Positions 22,458-34,500 of a DNA stretch of 64,000 nt are shown here, piece by piece. A program made the position numbers and the translations under genes. The first letter of the stretch is position 1; the number at the start of each line of letters is the position of its first letter. This DNA comes from Balanoglossus misakiensis (Eukaryota > Animalia > Hemichordata). Under the pieces are notes generated by a model, which did no database searches, was not told the origin of the DNA, and saw only the letters and a program-made list of their open reading frames with translations. Where the stretch lies: contig CM082597.2 of assembly GCA_040954595.2 (NCBI GenBank), forward strand, positions 4,593,244 through 4,657,243, read 5' to 3'.

Positions 22458-24439
22458 AGTTAACCATGTGCAGAGTCAGTCTTGTAACTTAATATGATAA
22501 CACAGTCCTGGTTGTTTATGGTGGACATGACGGGGCGTTGGAAGTTGTGTTTTTATTTCGAGGGGGTGCCTTTGTACAAAGTGGAATCATGATTGTGAAA
22601 AGCAATAAAATGATGAGCAGAGAGGAAATGGCAAAATTAAATAATGCCAGATGTTCTTTCGGAATTAAATTTAATGGTGCCTGCTTTTTCATGTATTTTG
22701 GCAGTGTTTGAGTCTGATGGTACAACTTTTGTAACCTAAAATAGTGTGTATCAAATTAATTAGTTGGGTTCAACTACTCAAAATTCATTATGTGTTAAGA
22801 TTGTGCTGTCTTTCCCTCTGCTGCCAGTGGTTTGATCCAGTGTACCATAGTATAGCAAGACAAGGCTCTCAATATTTCAGGTAGGTGGGTGTGAGCAGAG
22901 TATGGCATATTGAGAATAATCCATGACATAAAGCCACATCTTGGTTTTACATGTATATGTATAAGATGTAGTATTACTGTGATTTTAATAGGCCTATAGT
23001 TATGTGATGTTGCACCACCACCTCGGTCAAACTGTATGATTAGCTGGCTCTCAAATTTCCACAGTCACTGCTAATTTGCATAAGTGACCTTTAAGCATTA
23101 TTTCATGTTGCCATGTTCTCTCTGCTAAGTATACCAGATGTAAGTTACCAGAGAACGAAACATATTTGGTGGAACTGGACCAGTTCAGGAGAAATACGTG
23201 CAATTGAAAGAATTTGGAGAAACAAAACACTATTTTTGTGCGACATTGCAGTCATAAAATGTTATACATCTGATGTAGAATGTAATTGTAAGTATTGGAA
23301 ATACTGTGGAGAAAAATGTGTCTGTCATTGATAATTGTTTTTCATGTAGTCGTTTATGAATATTGTATAGAGAGTATTAAATGTGGCCAGTGGAAGTGGC
23401 GTGAATGTATAGATACATTTCAGAAAAAATAAACAAGAAATACATTGTATATTAACACTTCCATCATTGATCCTTTAATGAAAAATTATCAGAATTCTGA
23501 TAATCTATGGATGTTCGTTTGTGAATGTTAGTAATGTCTTGCTTGATTTAATAACCCCTATGGTTTCACCATTACCTAATTGTCATATATTGTTCCAACC
23601 AGTCGCAATGGCCGCCATTTTGTCATTATGCAAATTTAAGTATGCAAATTGATGTGCCGCCATTTTGCCCCTCCCATGAAACCGACCAATCAGAATCGGG
23701 TGTTCTGTTGACTCTGCTCCCCCTGTAACTTTCTTCCATTTGATGTGATCCTGCAGTATTTCAATCACTGAACTGTATATATAGGGGTGCCTGATTAGAC
23801 TTGTAGATATAAATGATATGGACCACCCATTTGTCATGAAGTATGTATGTAGATGGCAAAGGAAGTAAAAAAGAAAAATTTGCATAGTAAAATTAGCTGT
23901 GTGAATGAATGTCATAATTGTTTTGTATGCAATATTGATTTTTGTATAATCATGTATGTGTTTGATAGGAAAGTGTGAATTTAAATTTTTGTCAGCTACG
24001 TTCCCCATTTCAAAATCCATATGTTCCGAAATGAAATTGCAGTTTCAATGTGTGTTTGGTAGGTTTGTCTGTGATAGAAGACATATCATGCATGTATCAG
24101 TGCAGTGTTGATAATAATGTCATCAAGAGACTTCAAAATAAAATAATTATGACCAACTTTCAGTGACTGGTTTGACTTTGTCAGTTAAAGGACAACATAC
24201 AGACAGGATTTACGTTTCCTGTTATCATTGGTAGTCCTGGTACACTACACTTACATTTTATTGATACATTAAAAAGAAATATTTACATGTCTAGTTAGTA
24301 TCTAGAAGTTAATTGTCAATATATTTCCAGAATGATTAAAGGCCATTCTCATGCATGTATACTGGTAGAACCTAGTACTTTCTGTAACAAAACAGACTGA
24401 GAATCTTCCCTATTAAATTTGATTAAAATGGTGAGTGAT

Positions 24440-25255
24440 TCAATTATCATCAAAGTTGACACCTTTTGCCACTTTCACTTTTTTACTGTCAGGGTTCAAT
24501 AAACTTCGTCCTTTTTTCTTCGGCACCTTCTGCCCCGTTTTTTGACCGGCCGTGGCGTCGTAGAATCCGGTCCCCGTCGATGCACCAGAACTTTTCTGCT
24601 TGTTGGCAAGTTCCAGTTTGTCGTTGGCATCTTTCAGTTCTTGGCTGAGTTTCGTCGACAAGTCCGCCAGATGGAAAATAACGCCCTGCAGGTCAGTTCG
24701 GCGCTTGCTGGCACTCGCCTCGTAAAGGTCAAAGCTCAACACAGACGTCCCCTTCCCAAACGTCAAAGTTGACTTGTGGCCTTCCGTGGTCACGTTCAAA
24801 TCCCCAGATTCAAAGCCGGACTTGATTTTACCGAAGAAGGCGTCGAAATTGGTGATGTTGGACAGTTCTTTGTGAGAGTCGAGCTCATTCCTATCAACTT
24901 CCAACCTCCACAAATCGATTCCATCTGTAATAAAAACAAAATGTAAGAACTGAGCAAGAGAAGGAATTACTACGTGGATAATGATGTACATTGTCTAGCA
25001 AGTCCAACAAGACTTCACAAATTCAACAAACCCGTCAGTCACTGTCTCTTCCATTTATAGGGTACAATCTATATGGTCACTACCGAACCGCACCAGGGTG
25101 CTATCGATGTCATACTCGCCTGTGACATGCAGCGTCCACGAATCGCCGTGCTTAGCACAACTTGTGAAGCAGAGGAGTTGTCCTGATGGACCGATCACAG
25201 TAGCATGGAGATTGTCAACCCCTGCGTCGGTAGCTAGCTGTTTTGCAGAGCTCAT
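24440..25255 (-). CDS. PAXX: PAXX-like non-homologous end joining factor (XRCC4/XLF paralog), 206 aa
   Basis: Exons 25255-25120 and 24924-24440 total 621 nt, joined by a GC-AG intron to give WTLHVTDGIDLW (cf. PAXX head LYVTDAAELW). Then LSFDL, a coiled coil, and C-terminal GRSLLNPDSKKVKVAKGVNFDDN resembling the PAXX Ku-binding motif GESLINPGFKSKKPAGGVDFDE. Confidence 0.85.
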
Positions 25256-25593
25256 TTCGAAACTCCAACTTCAAAATTCGCACTTCCGCATTTGTCGAGG
25301 TCAAAGGTGATCTAAGGCCCTCTATGTTGCAGATAACTTTTTAACTGATGAAGAAAAGGCGTTTCACTTGCTGACGCTTCGAATCCAGTTGTTTTATCAG
25401 GGCATTACGTATCTTTTGACTCTTTTACATACGTTTACACGAAAAGAATACATTTTGAGCGGTAATTTGACTGCACACATGACGTACACTCATTTTTATC
25501 GTTTTATGCTAGGGGGTCGTTTCCCATAGTGCTGAGCGATTCAACGGTTGTGCGCCTGCGTTGTGATCCTTAGCAACAAACGTCGATTTCAAG
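25256..25593. promoter_or_regulatory. Bidirectional PAXX/CFAP44 promoter with RFX X-box-like sites
   Basis: 338 bp between divergent ATGs. GTTTCCCATAGTGC (25519-25532) and GTGATCCTTAGCAAC (25563-25577) resemble X-boxes, which are typical of ciliary genes. Confidence 0.6.
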
Positions 25594-28500
25594 ATGGAGG
25601 ACGATAAACAACCGAACACAGGTACGATATCTTAAAAAATGGGATATTTTAAATATTTAGGACTAACTTATATAGTTTGACACTTAATGCAGCAGATATC
25701 TGCGTAATTCATGTTGTGCATCTTCGAAATCATCATAATTTGTGGAGATCACTTATCCAACGAGCCATCTCGGCAACGGTGACTGATTTAGCTCAGCTGT
25801 GAGAGACTGACCACTGCATATATTTCATCAAAATATTCAGTAATAACAGGGATGAAGGATGGCACACGCATGTTTAATAGTGTTTTGAAGCTCAGTATGC
25901 CAAATTTGCATTATGGCATCTCTACACTGTTGACACACGTCGTCATCGCGCATCGCACGCGCACACGTCACTAGCGCGTGCACCGGGGAAAGCAGGTGTA
26001 GCATGCAGTAGCCCTGGCCACAAGCAGAACTAGATAGAATGTTGATCTAGTGCTTGTTGTTATCGTTTTCCGTCATCATCAAAACATGTCCACCCATAGC
26101 ACAGACAATAGAAGGCACAGTCACTCCACAGAGGGCATCGCAAATAAATAAATAATAATAAGGGCCTAATCAAATAATATTAAAAAATGAACAACTTTCG
26201 ATTTTTACTTTTGAAACTCATTAATTTTAATTGCATACAACTTTAATCCAGTAAAATGTGCCTGGCAGTATTCTTGTCTCACCTTGCTGTCGCAAAACAT
26301 ACTCGCATCACTGACACTGTGACAGTGCCTAATCTAATTTCACATCCATTGATTTATAATCCTTTTTCTCTCTGTCCAACAGAAGAACAACCCAACACAG
26401 CAGCAGACAGTGCTGAACAACCAGGTAGAAATTTATCCTCTTTTACTCACAATTACTTCTAATAATGCAGTTTCTCTTTCACAGATTGGTGTTTTGTTTG
26501 TTAATTTATTTGTTGTTTGTTAACTTCTGTGTTTGTTTGTGTAATTCATCATGTGTGCACTTATTTTCTTTTCTTTTTATTTATTTATTTTTCTCACACA
26601 CAACATCAGAGGAAACACCAGCAGCAGAAACTGAAACTGCTCCAGAACAACCAGGTATAAATCATACTTCACTTGCCTGTATTCCTCAAATAATGTGTAT
26701 TTTCTAAACATACACTCAATCAATGTATATATTGTTTTATGGCCGAGTTGAGTTCAAATCGTGATGAGTTTCAACTGATTGGCATTTTCTTGTATGTTAT
26801 CTATTATCAGATGAAACCCCAGCTGCAGATACAGGAGATGTAGAGAAGACAGAAGAGACGACAGAAGGTGATGCCACAGAGGAGAAAAATGACAAACCAA
26901 CAGAGGACGAGGCACCTGCAGAGGGCGCTGATGCAGCCAAGGAAGGAGACGACTCGGCCCTAGCAGCAGAGACAACTCAAGATGGCGACGAGAAGAAAGA
27001 GGAAGGAGAAGATGCCAAAGATGAAGTTGCAGAAGGCGATGCGGGGACGGCGGAGGAGAAAACTGACGATGCAGATCAGAAGGATGGTGAGCAGCCAGTG
27101 ACAGAGGAAGGTGGGCCCCCTGCTGACCAATCAGAAGCTGCTGAGGGTGAGGGCCAATCAGGTGAGACTCCTGCTGACCAACCAGGAGCAGCTGCTGAGG
27201 GTGAGGGCCAATCAGAAGAGAGTAAACCAGCTGAAGAAGCTGGAGAAGAGGCCCCTGCAGCTGAATCGGATGAAAAGAAAGGTGAGCTTGAAAGAGAGTG
27301 TTCTATACAACTATTCGGCATGTCTGTTTTTGCGCTAGCTGTTATGCTTCTTTCATTCTGTTCAATCAATTTCCTGCCCCTTAGGAGAAGATACTAATAA
27401 ATTATCTGGGTATTTTTGTGACATTCAGATGACGAAGAAACCAAACCCGCAGAAGGTGAAGAGGATGCACCCGCAGAACAAACTGGAGAAGAGAAACAAC
27501 CCGAACCGACAGAAGCTCCGGCTGCGGGCGCAGAGGTCAAAGGTGAAAGTGCAGAAGGTCAAGAGGGTGAAGTTGCTCCGAAAGCCGTCGACGAGATCCC
27601 CAAAATTCCGGAAGATTTCTACTACAACATTGAAGAACATTCTTCCATGGCGAGATCCACGGAAGATTCAGGATTACCTTCAAATCTTCTGTCAGTACAG
27701 TATCCTTTGCTGCAGACAAAAAATTCTCATTCTTTTAAGCGTCTACCCCCTTTTTCTGTGCATACTGTAAAACGCTTTATTTTCGCGAGTTGAAATTTTC
27801 GCAATATCGAGAGAGGCCACTGTTTCGCGAGTATTAATTTTCGCCTTCTCTTATTTCATTCACTGCATCGTTATCTTCAAAAAAAATTACGGGACTTTTT
27901 ATTTTCACGCTATTTTGGCTCCCACGTATTTCACGAAAATTTACTGCTCGCGAAAATAAAGTGTTTTACAGTATGTGTCAAACAGTTCATTGTAAACAAT
28001 CGGATTGAAAGTTTATTGATTATTTTCAGAGGGGTGGTTTGGACAAATCATCTATTCTCATGATGTGTTGTGACTTCAAAACACACACCAGACAGCGTTC
28101 CCCCTGATTGCAGTCGTTTTTCTTAACTCAGTATCACCTCAGCCATTCCTTCGGTTACGACTGCACCAAGCGATCCAACCTGCAGATGTTGGATCCCAAC
28201 ACAGTAGTGTTCGCCGCTGGCAACATTGTACAGATCCTCAATCTCCAGACCAAAGAGCAGCAGTATCTGCGCAGTTCGGGTGGCGGCGGTATCGGTGCCA
28301 TTGCGGTGAGTTAGTCTCTTAAAGACCTCATAGCTGCCAAATTTCACATACTTTTTTCCACAGTAAAATACTTCAAATATGTTCCCTATCCTCTAAAATC
28401 CTCACCATTAAGCCATATTACTTGCATTTGCATCAGTTTGTCATCTCTTTGCAACGCATACCACGATAGCTGCGTACTGTTTGTAAGTCAGTGCAGCACC

Positions 28501-31500
28501 GTTTTAATACATAGTGTATTCAAATTGCAACATGCAGCCACAATCGGGCATCGATAAGGTGTTCATGTATACCTATCAGTAAGCTTATTTAGATGGACCA
28601 ATTTACGTTGGAAAATAAAATCATGAAAACAATGCAAAAGTGGCAGCTATAGAGGCTTTAGCCCTTTCAACCCTAATTTCAGATTGTCAAATTTTTGTAG
28701 TTTGTTGACTTTATGCAATAATATGAGATGTTCCAATGTAGAAAATATTTAAAATCTTCATCGTCATCTCCACACAGGTGCATCCAAGCAGGAAATACTT
28801 CGCTATTGCAGAAAAGGGTGACAAACCCAACATCAACATTTTCGAGTTTCCGTCGCTGAAACTGTACCGCATTCTCCGCCTGGGAACCGAGAAAGTCTAC
28901 TCGTTCATCGACTTCAACCCGTCCGGCGATCTTCTGGCGTCGGTCGGCAGCGAGCCGGACTTCATGCTGACGGTCTGGGATTGGGCGCAGGAGCACATTG
29001 TGTTGAGGTCCAAGGCGTTCTCGCAGGACGTGTTTCGCGTGACTTTCTCGCCGGAAAACGAAGGCCATCTTACAACTAGCGGTTCAGGTCACATCCGGTA
29101 AGTTAGTGGACCATCTGTAGTACTGTCCTGCTCTGCATACAGGGTTACTCTCGAAAATACTGTAAAACACTTTATTTTCGCGAGTCAAAATTTTCGCGAT
29201 ATCGAGAGAGGCCACTGTTTCGCGAGTATTAATTTTCGCGTTCTCTTATTTCATTTACTGCATCGTTATCTTCAAAAACAATTTATGCGACTTTTTATTT
29301 TCACGTTATTTTGGCTGTCGTGTATTTGGCGAAAATTAATCGCTCGCGAAAATAAAGTGTTTTACAGTATTTTCCACAAAGGAAAGGCCTATACCCTCAA
29401 ATTCAATATTCAAATATTCAAACTGCTAATGATTCTGGTGGAATTTTTTTTTTCATATCACCCATGCTAATATAACTTATAAACGAAACTTAACCAAAGG
29501 TACAATCACGCTTATGTATGTGAGAAGATTTATAGATTAACAGCTTTTTCAGATGGCATGTCCATAGATGAATTTATGTTTACAATTACAATTTACAGAT
29601 TCTGGAAGATGGCACATACTTTCACTGGTCTCAAACTGCAAGGAGAGCTGGGTAAATTCGGGCGGACCGAGATCTCCGACATTGAGGGCTTTGTAGAACT
29701 GCCTGATGGGAAGGTGTTGTCCGGCACTGAATGGGGTAACATGTTACTGTGGGACGGTGGTCTGATCAAGGTGCAGGTGTGTCGGAAGAACAAGAAGCAT
29801 TGTCATGGTGGGAATATCGAGCAGTTTGTTATGGATGAGGGTGAATTGATCACCATTGGTGCTGATGGTTACGTCAGGGTAAGTGTTCATATGTTGTTGT
29901 GCTAATTCTTGAACTATTTGGAAAGGGAAGAAGTTTTGAATTCAAGTCATGCCCACATCTCCAAAATCCTCTAACAAGTTTTTAGTTACACTGTACCATT
30001 TCAATAATGACCAATTCATTCTATGTGTTTGTACATATGTGGTTTTCAAAATATCGACAATGAAAGTGAAACTATGTAGACTCAGTTCATTTTCCAGAAA
30101 GGTAAAATATCTCTCTCTTTCTCTGTCTGTCTGTCTGTCTGTCTGTTTGTTTGTTTGTCTGTCTCCCCCTCTCCCTCCTCCCCTACATTGACCCTCTCTG
30201 TCTGCCTTCGTCGTCCTTAGGTTTGGGATTTTGAAACCATTGATACTGCTGACACACCTGAGGAGTCTGGTCTCTTTGAGATGGAACCGATGAATGAGCT
30301 GAAAGTGGGCAACGACGTCAGTCTGCGATCAATGGTGAAGTCGGTTGACCCAGAAGCTCAGAGTCTGTGGTATGCTCAGGTAAGCTACTATCAAGAATTT
30401 TTATCACATGCTAGTTGTACAATGCGTTTGCGTAATAATTATAATAATATTTATTTCTTATACAGCGCATTACATTTTTAAAAAAATCTCACTGAAAATA
30501 GAAAAGGTATAAAATAATGTTAAAAAAAATAAATAAAAAAAATTGCGAAAAACACCTAATATCATGTACCGTATTATATATCCCAATACATTGACATGTA
30601 AGAGTGCATATATGCATGTGTTTATATGTACAGACTGACTGGAACATTCGGTTTGGGTTGGATGCTAACACAGCTAATGTTGTAGATGTGTAGAATTTAT
30701 GAGATGTCTATTGGCTTCTTTACGGACAATGTATTGTTTCTGCGCTGTCCACTCTATCAATCTCAGTGAAGATACACCAACTCTGTGCTTTTATTACGTT
30801 ACAGGACTCCAAAGGTGGAATATGGAAGTTGGATCTGTCCTTCTCGCACACCACCAAACCTCCAGAGAAATTATTCACCTACCATGCTGGTGAGATCACA
30901 GGCCTTGCCCCATCACCAAATACACACCTTGTAGCTACAACTGCTGTAGATCGTAAGTATTGCCTCTGATGTATTGATGGTTATGCATCCATTAGCAATG
31001 ATTTAAAGAAAACTTTTTTGAATTGTAACATAAATGTACAAAAATATTATTTTATACATGACCCAAAATTTCAGCAATGTCATGACTAGTATTTTTTGCG
31101 TGTCACTGGTACAAAGATTTCTCCATGATGACATAATTCTTTGCGATGCTACCAGTACACATATAATATGTACAGTCAATGTATGTTTTCATCTATGTTT
31201 GTTTGTATGGCTATCCTTTGAATTCTACAGCAAGATCATTGCAGTAGTCCGCAGTATTCTATTCCAGGGTAGTCCTATTGCATTGATAGTTTTGTACTGC
31301 TTTATGCAAATATCTTCTGTGCACATACTTGACATGCAATGTCGAAAAACTGGATAGCCTTTCTACTGTATCTAACACTACGCATGTAATAATTTTATTA
31401 ACAGACTCAGTACGTGTGTACGATTACATATCCAAGATGGCTCTGTGTCAGATGAAGTTTAATTCTGGAGGCTCTGTTCTCACATGGGTGCCTCAGATTG

Positions 31501-34500
31501 TGAGTAATTTGTTTTGTACATCAATTTTCCACAGTATTAAACTAAAGTCAGGGCATTTTCTTAGATAAAACTCATCTCAACACAGAATGAATACTATTGA
31601 GAAATGTGTGTTTACTAGCAGTGTCCATGTCGCTTTGCTAAAACTAGCCTGATAAACATTTACAGTTTTTTGGCAAATTGCTAAAAAGGAATAAAAATGG
31701 TCTTAAAGAAAAAAACCCAGACAAAACTGGGTTTGTGACATTTTTATAGACCTACTAGCTTGTGATTCTGATAATTTGCTAACCCCAGACAGTTTTTTTC
31801 AAACTATTTGAAAATTTGTATAGTATTAACCAAAAGGCTAGTTTTGCTATCATGATGTATTTTTAATCTGCGTCACTGTTTTATTGTATGAGCTTGTTCT
31901 CGAAATAAAGGTTCTTATACTAATATGTTAACATTTGCCATTTCCAGATTGACCCCAAAGGTTCCACCGTCATCGCCGGATTTGAAGACGGTGTGGTCAG
32001 GGTGTTGAACGTCTACAAGAAAGAACCCAAGGACAAGAAGCACGCCCATGACGTCACCGCTGAACTCTTGCTGAAGCAAGTCTTCAAACCACATTCTTCC
32101 ACAGTCAGAGCATTGGCCTTGGACTCTAAGGGTGAAATATTGGCCACAGGGGTAAGTCTGCAATTCAGCAAATAACTGGGTGTAACAGTACTGAAAGTAA
32201 AACTTTTTTCTCGACTTGATCAGGTCGTCATTTGCTGATCCATATGCCCTTGGTCTTTTCATTTTAAATTTCGTTAATAACCCTAAATTAATGATATTTT
32301 ATAACAGTATAAATTTAGAGCAATGCCTTGTATTAGAACAGTAATATTCTATAGAATTGCAAAACTGTTGAAATAGAGCTGAACTGAAATTCAGTCACTG
32401 ATTGTGAAACCACTAATGAGTAAACTCAGATTGTAATGTGAAGTAACGTTGTTTACACTTAGAGGCAGCGCAGGCCTGTTGCAAATTCATCAGATCTGTC
32501 AATCATGTGTGCATGAGTCAAATGATGTATATTGAAACTTTGTTGTTTATTTCCCCTTCTTTATCATTTTGTGTCACAACAGGGAGACGACAAGACAGTG
32601 TTCTTCTTCAACGTCGGTGACAGGATTGAACCCATCGGATTTATCGACATTCCAGGACCTGTGTCCAACATGACATGGTCACCAGGACACTTTGTAAGTA
32701 TATATTGAACACCTATTGCCTGGCCATGAGGGCCATAGCGGCCGTTTATTACACCCGAGGGGCTGTGAGTTACCAGAATCATATGCTATTTCCCTCGGCC
32801 TGCGGCCTCGGGAAATAGAATATGATTCTGGTAACTCACACTCACGAGGGGGTAAAAACGGCTGCTATGGCCCGAATATAGGCCAGGCTATAGGTGTTTT
32901 ATAATAAACCTCATGCTAACAGCTGGGAAAATCTTGCAATTTTCTCTTGAGGTTGGCAGACGACATCTTCAGCGGTGGCCATTGTGTCAGACGACGCGAC
33001 GCTGATTGACGTGACCGAGTCTGCGCACTCACGCTGGTCACGTGACCGGTTTATATTTTTTCTGCTATTGCCCTAGCGGTTCATAGTCGATTCTATTTTC
33101 ATATCACGTGACGGATTCTGGCGAATCACGGCACAGTATTAGCATGAGGTATATTATAATACGGAATATTTTATTTTCAGCGGAATTTATTTTTGCTGAA
33201 AACAGAAATCTTGAATATTACTGAGATTTTATTTTCACTGTTTCTTGTCAACTGATTCATGTGTAAAGAATTGGAAACAAAATTTTCGCTGGGTTTTATT
33301 TAAGCTGGGTCCAGCAATAATAGTGAAAATATATTCATAATGAAAACTAACTGTTCTACAGTATGCATGTAGTCCACAGTTTAGGGGAGGGGAGGGAATT
33401 GGAGGGAGTTATATTAGCCTGGTGTTTGGAGTAGAAAAAAATTGGTTTTCGTACACAGAACAAGTTATAGCAAATTGTCCTGTTACGGGAGGGGGTTATA
33501 TAAGCATGCTGCTTAAGTAGGAAAAGAAATTGCATTTTGTACACAGAATAAAATACAGCTAACAGAGCTTTGATTTATTTGTGGTGATCTAGGACAAGAA
33601 TATGTTGTTGATTGCCTGTGATAACGGCTTTGTGGTAGAGGTGGAATCTCCGGAGCAAGGCAGCTACGACACGTCCAAGACCTATCAGATCAGTGGATTG
33701 GCCATGAGAGAGTACAAATTCAAAAGTATCAAGTCTAGACTCAGGGTAAGTTTTGCATGTTAAAGGTATACAGTCACCTCCAAATAACGTACGTCCATAT
33801 ATGGCTGAAATGGTGTATTTGAGCGTTCTAAAGAACATACGGTGGCGCTCTTTTTCATGTGTGCCACCCACTGAAAATCTGTGATTGGCTAGATCTTATT
33901 TTGCCATGGTAACTATAGCTAATTTTCCATAGGTGACCGTCTACCTTTAACCCTTTCATCACCATGGTTCAGTCGAAACCCATTGTTTCCTATGGTAAGA
34001 TTTGACCTCTAATTGTACATCAAAGGTACATGGTCACCTCCAATTTACATATTCCCATACATGGCTGAAATGGCGTTTATGAGTGTTCTAAAGAAGATAT
34101 GGTGCCAGCCACTGAAAATCTGTCATTGGCCAGATGTCAATTTGCCATGGTAAACTGCACACTCAAATTGATCATGTGGTGGTGTACTTTTTTGAGTGGC
34201 CAGCCAAGTGATAATCTGTGATTGGCTATGGTGTTTGTATGGGCTTCTGCCTGCCATTATGATTAACAGAAAAGAATTGAAGAAGTATTAAACTGATGAT
34301 GGGTATCTTTGTGTGTGTTTTTATGTTGCCATGGTGACAGAAAGAGGAGGAGGAAGCACGCAAAGCAGCAGAGGAGGAAGAGAAACGCAAAGAAGAGGAA
34401 CGACAACGACAGATACGACGCGAACGTGGAATTGAATCTGACAGCGAAAATGGGGATGATGAAGATAAAAAAGGTAACAAAATTCAATACAAGTTACAAC

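Noticed and set aside
24137-24262. Convergent AATAAA signals of ATP6V1A and PAXX ~120 bp apart
   Set aside because: AATAAA is frequent in this AT-rich DNA and ATP6V1A has earlier candidates (~22604, ~23428); the sites cannot be assigned without 3'-end data.
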